This document shows positions 15,401-24,618 of a stretch of 57,960 bases of DNA, one piece after another. The translations under genes were made by a program, and so were the position numbers. The notes beneath the pieces are model-generated. The model saw only the letters and a list, made by a program, of their open reading frames with translations. It was not told the origin of the DNA and searched no databases. Source of the stretch: a virus (taxonomy: Duplodnaviria; Caudoviricetes); IMG/VR virus record IMGVR_UViG_3300037156_000027, positions 1 through 57,960 of that record. One strand, 5' to 3'. Position 1 is the stretch's first letter. Every line of letters begins with the position of its first letter.

Positions 15401-15843
15401 CTCGTCACCGGAAACCGAACCTTCTCAAAACAAGCCGTGTGATGCCCATCGCAGTATTGGCTCCCAGACTTCACTGAGGCTCCGCAGCAACGCATCTGGC
15501 GAACCTCACCGATAATATACCCGCAAAGCCCAAACGCCGGAGGCCACGGAATGGGCTTTCCCGACGGCACTCCCTGAGCTTCAGCCACGCGCTCCCTGCT
15601 CTTGGCGACAACAGCCTTAATCTTAACCTTGCGGTTATTCGCAGCTTCCACAGATGCCTTCTTGCGGTTCACACGGCTATGCGGGTGTGGCTGGGACGCG
15701 AAACCTTGCATGGGTATCTTGAGCCTATGCAGCTTGCCGATAACCGCGTTCTTTGTCTTGCCGACGATCTCAGCTATCTGCGCGGTGGTGTGCGTTGATG
15801 CGAGAGTTTGGATTTGGAGGATTTTGGCGGGTGTCCATGTCAT
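15397..15843 (-). CDS. gcrA: GcrA cell-cycle regulator homologue
   Basis: MTWT...TAQIAEIVGKTKNAVIGKLHRL N-terminus; C.YIIGE...CCGA...YCDGH C-terminus. Confidence 0.88.
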   Translation of the reverse strand: MTWTPAKILQIQTLASTHTTAQIAEIVGKTKNAVIGKLHRLKIPMQGFASQPHPHSRVNRKKASVEAANNRKVKIKAVVAKSRERVAEAQGVPSGKPIPWPPAFGLCGYIIGEVRQMRCCGASVKSGSQYCDGHHTACFEKVRFPVTR

Positions 15844-16061
15844 GGCCTATCCTCCCACGCATATTGCTTCAAGGTCGCGGCGATGCGGGCATTCTCCTTC
15901 GCAATAATCTCCGCTTGCGAAAGATCGGACTTTATTGATGGCGCGGGCTTCTTCTTTGTCATGTGTCGGTGGCAGGGATTCCGATGGTTGGTGTGGGTTG
16001 GCATATTGGCGTGTTCCTTGTCGGACAAAAAAAGGGCGGCACGTTGCATGCCGCCTGTAGG

Positions 16062-16319
16062 TTATTTGCATTCGCCTTGATAAGGGATACACGATAGCCC
16101 CCCATCTTTGGAATCCGCGTCTAGAAAACAAACAGTTGGATACCCATCTGGGTGACATACAGAATAAATCCCAGACATAGTTACATGCCGTCTGAATGCG
16201 CCCGGTCCGATACCTATGATGATGCGCCCAATCCAGAGGCAGAACACCATGACTATGGCGATGCAGGCTGTCACAAAGATTATATGAACCAGCTTAATTC
16301 CCTCATCAAACACCTTCAT
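16062..16319 (-). CDS. Membrane-anchored Cys-containing protein
   Basis: N-terminal TM; VCF...GGLSCIP. Confidence 0.6.
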   Translation of the reverse strand: MKVFDEGIKLVHIIFVTACIAIVMVFCLWIGRIIIGIGPGAFRRHVTMSGIYSVCHPDGYPTVCFLDADSKDGGLSCIPYQGECK

Positions 16320-16513
16320 TTAGGCCACCACAATTCAACTTCCTTCCGCGCACCAGCAAAGAAAGCATACATCTTGGTGTCGTTGGTAATCATAATCATC
16401 AATCCAATGACGGCAATCCATGTGCTCGGCAAGAATATCGCGCCCAATGCGATGATAAGCCCGAACCATGTCGAGGCTTGGGTAAGCTGGCTGATAACAA
16501 AATCACGAAACAT
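16316..16513 (-). CDS. Small two-TM membrane protein
   Basis: AAGGAG RBS; LTQASTWFGLIIALG. Confidence 0.6.
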   Translation of the reverse strand: MFRDFVISQLTQASTWFGLIIALGAIFLPSTWIAVIGLMIMITNDTKMYAFFAGARKEVELWWPK

Positions 16514-16566
16514 CTCATTCTCCTTGGTGAAAGAAATGGGGATAGCCGAAGCCATCCCCACTTTGG

Positions 16567-17220
16567 TTAAGCAGCAGCTTGTACGTGACCGCCTTCGATA
16601 GCATTCGAGCAAGCTGTCATGAAATCAACATCTTCCAGTTTGCTGACATCGATGATGTCGTACTTCGCGCCCGTGAGATGTTCATCGAGATCATTCAGCC
16701 ATTGGTCAAGTTCGGCAGAACGATCACCGACCGTCAGAATAGAGATTCGGAACTCCATTTCGCTCTTCACATCATTGGTAATGTCGATAACGGTCTTCTT
16801 AACCGCGTCTGGGTCGGAAGGTTCGCCATCAGTGAAGAGAATGAACAGGGTCTGTGCAGAACCCTTGCTCTTATGCTCGGTGTACGCCGCCTTGATAACC
16901 TTATCAGTAGCCGTGCTACCGCCAAGATGAATCTTCTTCAGCAGGGCGTCTACCTCTTCAATGGTGCTGACATCGGGATGCTGATCGACATTATTGGCGA
17001 AGGAATAGAATGAGACGCCATCAGGATCGAGCTTCGCGGCTTCACGTACGAAAACCTTGAAGGTTTCCATCGTGTACTTAAAGCGGTTTTCACCAGATGG
17101 TGTATCAGTGTTTTGCATCGAACCCGAAGTATCAACTGCGAGAATGAATTGATCTCCCTTGTGAACCTCAAAGTTGTTTGCATTATTCTTATTGTCCATA
17201 GCTGCTTGTGTAGGCTCCAT
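16567..17220 (-). CDS. von Willebrand factor A domain protein
   Basis: MIDAS DTSGS, GGSTAT, ILFTDGEP. Confidence 0.88.
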   Translation of the reverse strand: MEPTQAAMDNKNNANNFEVHKGDQFILAVDTSGSMQNTDTPSGENRFKYTMETFKVFVREAAKLDPDGVSFYSFANNVDQHPDVSTIEEVDALLKKIHLGGSTATDKVIKAAYTEHKSKGSAQTLFILFTDGEPSDPDAVKKTVIDITNDVKSEMEFRISILTVGDRSAELDQWLNDLDEHLTGAKYDIIDVSKLEDVDFMTACSNAIEGGHVQAAA

Positions 17221-17291
17221 AGTGATCTCCTTTGGTTGTTAAACATTCTTATCAACGCCGTGAATGTCAGTACGGCAATCCCTCGCGGGAA

Positions 17292-17603
17292 TTATTCCAT
17301 CCCTAAAGATGACATGTATAAACTCAGCAACTCCTCATTCTCGCGCCGTTTCTCAAGTTCCGTTTTTCTGAGCTTGATAACTTGGCGAATGATCTTGTTG
17401 TCGAATCCGACGCCTTTGCTCTCCTCATACACAGATTTTATATCTTGGGCGACTGCGGCTTTATCGGATTCGAGCCGTTCAATTCTTTGCACGAAAGACC
17501 GTAACCGTTCGCCGGAGATGCCGCCTGAATTATCGCCAACCCCGCGCAAATGTTCCGCGCCCTTTTTGATGATCTCGCCTTCTTCTCTTGAGAATGCTGG
17601 CAT
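17292..17603 (-). CDS. gapR: GapR/DUF2312 (UPF0335) DNA-binding protein
   Basis: LRSFVQRIERLE..K.AVAQDIKSVY.ESKGVGFDNKIIRQVIKLRK...LY...LGM. Confidence 0.9.
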   Translation of the reverse strand: MPAFSREEGEIIKKGAEHLRGVGDNSGGISGERLRSFVQRIERLESDKAAVAQDIKSVYEESKGVGFDNKIIRQVIKLRKTELEKRRENEELLSLYMSSLGME

Positions 17604-17875
17604 TATAACCGTCCAATCATTGACTGAGCCTGCTTCTTCAACCCGCTCAACGTTACCTGAATCTCATCCCGCTTGGCAGACAGCTTCTTGATCTGCTCCA
17701 TAAGCATGTCGATGGTGATTTCTTGTGGTGGGTCTTGGGTGATTTCTGGCGTGTCTTTCGGTACAGAGTGTTCGGCGTGCGTCACGTTATTCTCCTTGTT
17801 GCGTTGCAGGAATGTTGGCATCGGAGGCATTACTACCTCGGTTAGGTCTTGTGTGAGAGCGGCGGCGTTTGACAT
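17603..17875 (-). CDS. Hypothetical coiled-coil protein
   Basis: AGGAG RBS; coupled to gapR. Confidence 0.65.
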   Translation of the reverse strand: MSNAAALTQDLTEVVMPPMPTFLQRNKENNVTHAEHSVPKDTPEITQDPPQEITIDMLMEQIKKLSAKRDEIQVTLSGLKKQAQSMIGRL

Positions 17876-17946
17876 TCATCATCTCCTTGTACCAGTAAGT
17901 TAAAGCTTTTGTTTGCCCTGCTCCGAGTAGGTGCCAGAGCAGCAAG

Positions 17947-18573
17947 TCATACTGCTGGCGCGTCATCTTCTGCATCAGAACATCCTTCTGTTGGAGATTC
18001 GGCAGATTTATGACCGTCAGCTATTCCCGCAATCTCTTTTAGTTCAGCGAGATTAAGCTGCTTCTGTTGCGCAGGAGTTAGCTTGCCCCAATAGGTTTTT
18101 AGCGGCTCGGTGCCTTTTGCGGCTTCCAGTTTGGCGGCTTCGATCAAGGCTGTGCTGGGGGTGTGAACGACAACCAAAGTCAGCGGCTTCACAGTAAATA
18201 TCTTGCGAACGGTTTTTGATTCCGTGAGAGATAATTTCTTCTCGCCGTCTATATGCGACATATGAGAGATTCGGATGCCCCCTACCTTCTTGCCCCCGAA
18301 TATCACATCCTCATCGCCGTACAGCGTCAGGCTCTTGCCAACATAGTTTACGGAGGCCAGACCCCACAATCTCGCCAGAACCCTAGACATAGTTTTGCAT
18401 GGCTTCCAAGGCTTACCGTTATCGCCCTCAAAAAAGATAGATACCTTCTGCTGAGGATCATTATTCTTGATGACAACCTTGGTAATCGTAATGGTTTTCG
18501 ATATTCCACAGGCGATGTCATCATAATTCAACTGGTCTGACTTCGGCTCTATTGCTACGGACATATCGTTCAT
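17947..18573 (-). CDS. Probable ssDNA-binding/annealing protein paired with exonuclease
   Basis: PKSDQLNYDD...KPWKPCKTM...V.FGGKKVGGIRISHMSHID; acidic C-terminal tail; adjacent to YqaJ gene. Confidence 0.6.
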   Translation of the reverse strand: MNDMSVAIEPKSDQLNYDDIACGISKTITITKVVIKNNDPQQKVSIFFEGDNGKPWKPCKTMSRVLARLWGLASVNYVGKSLTLYGDEDVIFGGKKVGGIRISHMSHIDGEKKLSLTESKTVRKIFTVKPLTLVVVHTPSTALIEAAKLEAAKGTEPLKTYWGKLTPAQQKQLNLAELKEIAGIADGHKSAESPTEGCSDAEDDAPAV

Positions 18574-19247
18574 ATTATGTCTCCTTCAATCCTGCGTTCG
18601 GTTGGATGTAGTCGCAAGGTTTTGTCTGCGATTCGTTGCCGATAAATCTCAAAGTTCTCGGCAAGTTTTTTCTCAAATATCGTTGCCGCCGCGACTATCG
18701 CATCTTGCACAACGGGGTCAGGCAACACGCGCAACGTCAACATAGGCAAACCACCGGAATATGAGATAAAGTCCCACCATTTCCGCTCAGACACTAATAG
18801 GCATGTCTGAACCTGAATAACAAAGTCATCCGGCATCTTCTGTTCGACGATAGTTTGCACCTGAAATTTTTGTGCGCGTGATTTCACCTCAAGACCACCA
18901 GCCTCTGCGATTAGGGAGTCTGGCGAACATCCGAGTGTGAACCCGAATTTATCGTTCGTTATGAACCCAACATCCTGAAGCGGTGCGTATTTCTCATTGT
19001 AGATGATTTTGGCTTCCAATTCGTCATCATGACCGCGCAACATCGCATCGCTGACATATTGCGGCTCTACATATTTAGAAATACGCTGCGATAGCAACTC
19101 CCACATATGGCTGCGCGATTTGTCATTATCGGCGACTTTCAGGGTTGGGGTGATGATTAGCTTCATTTGGGAAGCTGTCAACAATCCGGCTCTGGCAGTA
19201 ATCCACGCATCACTGCCCTGATCAAAATTCTCATGATAGGTTATCAT
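18570..19247 (-). CDS. YqaJ/lambda-type exonuclease
   Basis: QGSDAW..ARAGLLTAS, GCSPDSL, LEVKS, QVQ..L.VSERKWWDFISY. Confidence 0.92.
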   Translation of the reverse strand: MITYHENFDQGSDAWITARAGLLTASQMKLIITPTLKVADNDKSRSHMWELLSQRISKYVEPQYVSDAMLRGHDDELEAKIIYNEKYAPLQDVGFITNDKFGFTLGCSPDSLIAEAGGLEVKSRAQKFQVQTIVEQKMPDDFVIQVQTCLLVSERKWWDFISYSGGLPMLTLRVLPDPVVQDAIVAAATIFEKKLAENFEIYRQRIADKTLRLHPTERRIEGDII

Positions 19248-19308
19248 CAGTCTCTCCTTGCAAAGTCACCATATGGTTTCTTTTAGTCTTGATCCATCTG
19301 ATTCTCCG

Positions 19309-19348
19309 TTGACTTAAGAACGATATTCCTATATAAAAGGGAAATCAA
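19309..19348. promoter_or_regulatory. Overlapping divergent sigma70-type promoters
   Basis: Plus TTGACT-17-TATAAA (19309-19337); minus TTGATT-17-TATCGT (19348-19320). Confidence 0.65.
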
Positions 19349-19374
19349 GAGAAAAAATGGGGTTTATAAAAATA

Positions 19375-19533
19375 ATGTCTCGTCCAAAAGACACACAGGG
19401 TTTAACTACCGATATGCCAATGGATATGTATGAATCTTTCATGGCGTATTGCAAGGAAAGAGATATAAAGGCGGCTCAGATTATCCGCGCTCACATCCGC
19501 AATCTTTTGGCGAAGGCATCCAAAAAGAAATGA
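19375..19533 (+). CDS. Ribbon-helix-helix-like regulator (52 aa, not in ORF track)
   Basis: GLTTDMPMDMYESFMAYCKERDIKAAQIIRAHIR. Confidence 0.6.
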   Translation: MSRPKDTQGLTTDMPMDMYESFMAYCKERDIKAAQIIRAHIRNLLAKASKKK

Positions 19534-19787
19534 CCTCCTACCGCCTCCGCATCGATCTCAAGAAGCCATATTTCAAGGCTCTAACCGCCCTAGAAACCCC
19601 CACCGAAAGCGTATCCTATCACGCCAGATTAGCCGTCCACGAATACATAGCAAGAAAGCGCGAGAAGGACATCTCCCACAGGGTTAAGTCTCTGGCGGAG
19701 TCCCAGCAGGGCAGGGCGTTGCTGGTGATGATAGAGGATTTGTTGCGACATCATGATCTCGGCACGGGATGTTCTCGCGGCGAATGA
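19530..19787 (+). CDS. Second RHH-like protein
   Basis: YRLRIDLKKPYFKAL...VSYHARLAVHEYI; ATGA coupling. Confidence 0.55.
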   Translation: MTSYRLRIDLKKPYFKALTALETPTESVSYHARLAVHEYIARKREKDISHRVKSLAESQQGRALLVMIEDLLRHHDLGTGCSRGE

Positions 19788-20301
19788 TTTCTTTCAGTTC
19801 GTCGATCCCACCAGCCAAAGTATAAACAGCAAAGCCTTGCGCTCTCAGTCTCGCGCCAACCTCTATTTGCGCGTCACTAGTTACGCCTCCTTTTGCGCGT
19901 TTCTTCTCAATGAAAATGCAGCGCGATGGAAACCATGTCAGGCGCAAGTCTGGATCGCCGGTCAGTAATCCACGGTTCTTCAGTTTGTTCATCCATCCGT
20001 AAAACCTTCCTTTGTCAATCTGCTGCGAAAGAGGCCATAGTTCGCCGTTCGCGCTCGATGACACAAGAACAGACGGACAGCATTGGCGCAAGTATCGGAC
20101 AATCTCGGCCTGACTATCGTGCTCCTCATGTTTGTTTTTTACTCCTGGCGCACGAACTGCGCGGGGCGTTTCTTCGAGGAACGGAATCGGAAACTTAGAC
20201 TCCGCATTGACGAAGCCGCTTGGAGCTTGAGACATCACCGATAACTGCGCATCCCTCAACGATAACTTTGACTTGCCGAAAGACTTAGGTTTCCGTGGCA
20301 T
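19684..20301 (-). CDS. VRR-NUC-like PD-(D/E)xK nuclease
   Basis: EHDSQ..IV, GDPDL, FIEKK, TSDAQ. Confidence 0.8.
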   Translation of the reverse strand: MPRKPKSFGKSKLSLRDAQLSVMSQAPSGFVNAESKFPIPFLEETPRAVRAPGVKNKHEEHDSQAEIVRYLRQCCPSVLVSSSANGELWPLSQQIDKGRFYGWMNKLKNRGLLTGDPDLRLTWFPSRCIFIEKKRAKGGVTSDAQIEVGARLRAQGFAVYTLAGGIDELKEIIRRENIPCRDHDVATNPLSSPATPCPAGTPPET

Positions 20302-20587
20302 TTTTCAACCTCTTGATTTTCATTTTGATATTTTGCTCAATTATCTCAGCGTCAATACACGCCGCCTTCACCTGATTGCAGTCCGAATGACATAGACGGA
20401 GATTCCAATCATCGTCAGAACCGCCAAGCGAAACCGGATAAACATGATCTATGGTAATCCTGTCGTCCTTGTAAGCATTCTCATCAAGATACTCGCCGCA
20501 CAGGTAGCATTTATCGCCGTCACGGACGCGCAACCATTCCTTTAGATAAACCTGCTCATCGAAAGGCATTAGTCTACGGTTTGCCAT
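20285..20587 (-). CDS. HNH endonuclease
   Basis: RDGDKCYLCG...TIDHVYPVSLGG....NLRLCHSDCNQVK. Confidence 0.92.
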   Translation of the reverse strand: MANRRLMPFDEQVYLKEWLRVRDGDKCYLCGEYLDENAYKDDRITIDHVYPVSLGGSDDDWNLRLCHSDCNQVKAACIDAEIIEQNIKMKIKRLKNATET

Positions 20588-20882
20588 GTAGCTTCTCCCA
20601 TTTCCTTTGCTCGGCGATTAGCTCTTTGCCCTTGCTGTTAATCCGTTTCCAAAAGTCTTTTTCGGCGGACTCGTATTCAAGTGTGAGCAAAAGCATGAAT
20701 ACATAAAATAATTTCTTGTCGAGCCACCAGCTTTCGACCTGCATATGTTCGAGCGGGTAGTAAATATCGGCTAGATTCCGCTGAACCGACAGCATAGCAA
20801 CGATTCGAAGCTCATCGGACAATCGTTCATCGATCAACATCATGCGGCGGACTTCTTCGGAAGCGCGAAAATCAACGGTCAT
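20574..20882 (-). CDS. Hypothetical protein
   Basis: Coupled ORF. Confidence 0.65.
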   Translation of the reverse strand: MTVDFRASEEVRRMMLIDERLSDELRIVAMLSVQRNLADIYYPLEHMQVESWWLDKKLFYVFMLLLTLEYESAEKDFWKRINSKGKELIAEQRKWEKLHGKP

Positions 20883-21178
20883 TGATTCGCCTTTTTATCG
20901 TGTTTTTCTATGTATTGTATAAAATCACTTTCACAATCAAAATCTGCCTCATTGGGGATATGAATTTTGTTAGTCCCCATTATCCTTATGCCCACTCTTT
21001 CGATCTCTGTTCCTTCTGCTGTTATAGGCAGGACGCTGGCATGGACATCATCCCCCGATGAATACTCAGTTATCTGCCACGCAATAATAGGGAGCCAAAA
21101 AACAAATTTCTTTGCATTCTCATTAATCATCAAGTGACCGCACTCCATGCCTGACGCAGGCACATAAGAAGTTTTCAT
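20879..21178 (-). CDS. Hypothetical protein
   Basis: Coupled ORF. Confidence 0.65.
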   Translation of the reverse strand: MKTSYVPASGMECGHLMINENAKKFVFWLPIIAWQITEYSSGDDVHASVLPITAEGTEIERVGIRIMGTNKIHIPNEADFDCESDFIQYIEKHDKKANQ

Positions 21179-22855
21179 TTAATCCCCCAGTTGATGTTGA
21201 TATTCAGTTTCCAGCGGTATTCCCACACATCTATCCGATGTCACAAACCTGCGTGTTGTCGGCGAAACGATAGAGCCGATGATGCACTTCAAAGTGTGCG
21301 ACCACCTGCCCGTCCACTCGCTATGCCTCAATCTCTCTTTAATCCATGAGTTTGTATTTGATACCCAAACATAGCCTTCTTCTACACAGAAGCCTTTTCG
21401 CTTTAATTCCGTATCTGCCATTGTCTTAGAAATACCATCTGTCCACAATCCATCGGCGGAGATGTTTATTAGATCAAGAATAGTGCGGTTTTTCATCCCG
21501 TGTTCAGTATCAACCTTGATTTCGCTCTCCTGCAAGAATCTCCATAACTTGCCGTGGCTGCTATCGTCCGTTGTTTCTTTCTGTTGCGGCCATTCCCGCT
21601 CTTCCAGAAACTTCTTGGCTGCCTCTGGCTCAATTAAATCAGGACTGTGAAGCGAGTACAGCCCTGCCAGGATACCGCCCAGTTGATCGCCTTGGCGACG
21701 ACTGCCGAAATGAATTGCCGCAACTTGGGCGAATGTTTCTGCGTTTGCCTTGATTGTCGGAATGAGGCTAACCGTTCGCGCCAGCAACCCACCTCTCCAT
21801 TTGGCGTTTATTGTTTCCGCCGCCAGTCGTTGCAGTTTGCCAAAATTCTCGGCCTCATATTTAGCATCTTTGGATGGCTGTTTAAGTTTCAAAATACTTG
21901 TGCGCGTTTCATCTGCGTGACGCTGCATGCTCATATTGATTGACGCAAAGGCAAAAACAGAGCGCAACAGAAATGCCTTGCCGGATTGGTCGGCGGTTCC
22001 TTTGTGTATCGGGCCTGCCTCTCCATTAAATGCGGATCGCGCTAGATCAAATATCTCTTGTAGGCGCACCCTGTCTTGTATTTCTTCTGCCTCGGCCTCA
22101 TCAAATATCACAGGCAACGCATCAGACTTCAACGCTTGGCGAATACCTGCGGCGGTTGATTTTGATGTTGTGACGAAAGCTGTCTTGCTAAGGATTGCCC
22201 TAATAATTTCCTCCATCACCCATGACTTGCCGGATGTTGCGGGGCCAAGAACGTATATATGCGGCCTGTATGTCAGTGCTCCGCATATTGGTGCTATAAC
22301 AATCCAGCCAGCCAGCAACTCTCCGCTTATCTTTTCCTCCCAGCGCACCAATCGGCATATTTCCAGAAGTTTATAGGCTTCTTTCGATGTCAATTTCTCC
22401 GCATAATCAACATTCATGGAAAGGCGTTTCTCATACAGGTATTTGCTTTTGTGGTTGTGCAATTCCGTTACCTTGCCGCCAACCATAAGTTTGTCGCCAA
22501 CATGCAGAACTGCGGTTCCGTTATCATCCCACGCGCCGCGCCCACGACAAAATCCGTGGTCAAATAAGCCAATTCTGTAAGATTGCTCAATCAGCATATT
22601 GGCGACTGGGGTCGTTTTGATGTTCCCGGCCTCGCTTGTCATTCCGTTGGATTTCCACCATGTCAGTGGGGCAAGCTGCAATAGTGATCCGGCGTTGGTT
22701 ATGGCGGATCGTGAAATATCAATTACAGCCTCAGCAGAGTAGGAATAGAAATAGAATAAGTTTCCGCTATATCCGAGATACCGGAAAGGCATCGGCAAAT
22801 CCGGCTCATACGCAGGTGGGTAATCAGGCTCAAAATTTGGGGAAGGTATGTTCAT
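21179..22855 (-). CDS. Replicative helicase-like P-loop ATPase (no primase domain evident)
   Basis: Walker A GPATSGKS, Walker B PVIFDEAE, FASIN sensor. Confidence 0.75.
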   Translation of the reverse strand: MNIPSPNFEPDYPPAYEPDLPMPFRYLGYSGNLFYFYSYSAEAVIDISRSAITNAGSLLQLAPLTWWKSNGMTSEAGNIKTTPVANMLIEQSYRIGLFDHGFCRGRGAWDDNGTAVLHVGDKLMVGGKVTELHNHKSKYLYEKRLSMNVDYAEKLTSKEAYKLLEICRLVRWEEKISGELLAGWIVIAPICGALTYRPHIYVLGPATSGKSWVMEEIIRAILSKTAFVTTSKSTAAGIRQALKSDALPVIFDEAEAEEIQDRVRLQEIFDLARSAFNGEAGPIHKGTADQSGKAFLLRSVFAFASINMSMQRHADETRTSILKLKQPSKDAKYEAENFGKLQRLAAETINAKWRGGLLARTVSLIPTIKANAETFAQVAAIHFGSRRQGDQLGGILAGLYSLHSPDLIEPEAAKKFLEEREWPQQKETTDDSSHGKLWRFLQESEIKVDTEHGMKNRTILDLINISADGLWTDGISKTMADTELKRKGFCVEEGYVWVSNTNSWIKERLRHSEWTGRWSHTLKCIIGSIVSPTTRRFVTSDRCVGIPLETEYQHQLGD

Positions 22856-23017
22856 GGCGTTTCCCGGTTAGAAAAGGTGGCGGCTCGACATAACCGGGAG
22901 GAAATATCGACGAGACGCTCGCGAAGCGTACCGCCGCCGAGCATATTATCCATGTATGGGGATTGAGCAATATCAAATCGGCATATGTGAATATGTCGGA
23001 AGCGGAAAGAAATATAA

Positions 23018-23410
23018 TTATTCGCCAAGAACAGGCAACTTGTTTTCCAATTGCTCCATCAAGATTACAGTCTGCGCTGACGGTTCCCGGTCAAAGTGTT
23101 CATATCTGTTAATGGTCATCTTGCGGTGCTTCCCCGTAAATCCGAGAGCCGCCCCAAATGCCGCCTGTGACATGCCCAACCGATGCCTGAGCGCCCTAAT
23201 CCGCGCCGCAGTCCATATGGGGTGTTCGCGCTTCTCTGGGCGTTCCCTAAGCAACGGCTCGGACGTCAGCATGCTGGCGTGCGCCTCGGTTAGTCCGATG
23301 TCCGGCGTGGCGTAGGTATACGGGTTGATGCGCGGCGTGTTGGGAACGAATTGATAGTATTTTGCGCGGTCGGTTATTTCGCCTTTGGTGTGGCGGCGGT
23401 CTTCGGTCAT
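23018..23410 (-). CDS. XRE-family HTH protein
   Basis: IRALRHRLGMSQAAFGAALG...INRYE. Confidence 0.8.
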   Translation of the reverse strand: MTEDRRHTKGEITDRAKYYQFVPNTPRINPYTYATPDIGLTEAHASMLTSEPLLRERPEKREHPIWTAARIRALRHRLGMSQAAFGAALGFTGKHRKMTINRYEHFDREPSAQTVILMEQLENKLPVLGE

Positions 23411-23583
23411 TTTTCTTCCATCAATCTTTCTTGATGCTCCATATATCGCCTCTCGGCACAATTCTCGCACAGATATTCAGGCGGAACGCTGAACGGTGCC
23501 ATTGTGGTTATGTCGTACACGTCTGGCGTGGTTGCGCCGCAGTTTTCGCATTCGCGGGGTTTATCGTTTGCCATATCTGTCAT
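23407..23583 (-). CDS. Zinc-finger miniprotein (58 aa, not in ORF track)
   Basis: CENCG...LCENC; ATGA overlaps at both ends. Confidence 0.65.
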   Translation of the reverse strand: MTDMANDKPRECENCGATTPDVYDITTMAPFSVPPEYLCENCAERRYMEHQERLMEEK

Positions 23584-23753
23584 GGCAATTCCTTCAATTT
23601 ATCGAAGTGATAAAGCGGCGTGAATTTCTGATCGTTGTATTCTGCGTCATGTCCTGTTTCATATATTATCAGACCAGCGGTATCCTTTCCGACAATCCAT
23701 ACTTTCTTGCCGTTCACCAATGCCCAACGTGGCGTGGTTTCAGTTTGTGCCAT
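23580..23753 (-). CDS. Motif-led protein (57 aa, not in ORF track; MAQTETT)
   Basis: AAGGAG RBS; motif CTGAAACCAC. Confidence 0.7.
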   Translation of the reverse strand: MAQTETTPRWALVNGKKVWIVGKDTAGLIIYETGHDAEYNDQKFTPLYHFDKLKELP

Positions 23754-23913
23754 GCTTTAGCTCCTTAGATATTTCCTGATTACGGTTCTGCAATTCTTCG
23801 CAGGACATTACACTTGTAAATGGCGTCTTCCATCGGCCACAATTCACACAGCTAAGTTGCGTCCCATTGGCTCTAGTTATGCGCCATACGTGAGTGGTTG
23901 GTGATTCAGTCAT
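23740..23913 (-). CDS. Motif-led protein (MTESPTT)
   Basis: GGAGGT RBS; motif CACCAACCAC; CVNCG. Confidence 0.7.
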   Translation of the reverse strand: MTESPTTHVWRITRANGTQLSCVNCGRWKTPFTSVMSCEELQNRNQEISKELKHGTN

Positions 23914-24184
23914 TTTACCTCCCGCAGTCGCAAGCAGCGTGTCCGGCTTTATAGGCGTCATCCTATTTCCTCCTCAATGCGGTTTCAGGGATAGCTGCCG
24001 CTAACTGCGCCTCAATCTTTTTAATTTTCGCGGTATGGGGTAGCGGTATAAACGCAGGCTGATAAACCGTCACAGGCTTTACCGTCACCCTTTCGGGTTG
24101 CAGATTTAACGCTATGCCGGATTCCATGCCAAGCAGAAATATGATGCCGAGGGATAGGATTTTTGCGGTTGTGGGGGTGCGTGG

Positions 24185-24418
24185 TCATTTTGACACCATT
24201 TTAAGGGCTGAGGCGGGAATAGTCGCCGCAATGCGGTTGATCTGTTCCCCGTAGTATTTCTTGGCAGTCTTAACGGGAACATACACAGGAACATGCTCGG
24301 TTATGAAAACGTCATGCGTCACGATCTTGGGCGGTTGGCGCACCTGCAAGCCAGCATAGAAGCTGCCAGCGCAACAGGCTAAGAGGGTGACGAGGCGTAG
24401 TTTGGTTCTAAACTTCAT
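24185..24418 (-). CDS. Membrane-anchored hypothetical protein
   Basis: N-terminal hydrophobic segment; ATGA coupling. Confidence 0.55.
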   Translation of the reverse strand: MKFRTKLRLVTLLACCAGSFYAGLQVRQPPKIVTHDVFITEHVPVYVPVKTAKKYYGEQINRIAATIPASALKMVSK

Positions 24419-24618
24419 GATATTTTTCCAATCGCCACGGTGGTTTCGCAAACCTCTTCTTTCACGATCTGCCCCAGGAATTCATGCGTCGCCACATAGC
24501 GGATTTTAACAAGGTCGCCTGCGTTGTTGTAGGTCTTTAGAATATCCGTCACGGTGCAGAGTCGGGATACTTTGCCACGGGTTTTGAATTGGTGTCCTAT
24601 GGGGAAGTTGGGGGTCAT
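24415..24618 (-). CDS. Hypothetical protein
   Basis: AAGGAG RBS; coupled. Confidence 0.65.
   Translation of the reverse strand: MTPNFPIGHQFKTRGKVSRLCTVTDILKTYNNAGDLVKIRYVATHEFLGQIVKEEVCETTVAIGKIS

Noticed and set aside
23500-23540. Two AACCAC in the 23407..23583 gene
   Set aside because: They lack the conserved C at -4 and are not start-proximal; not counted.
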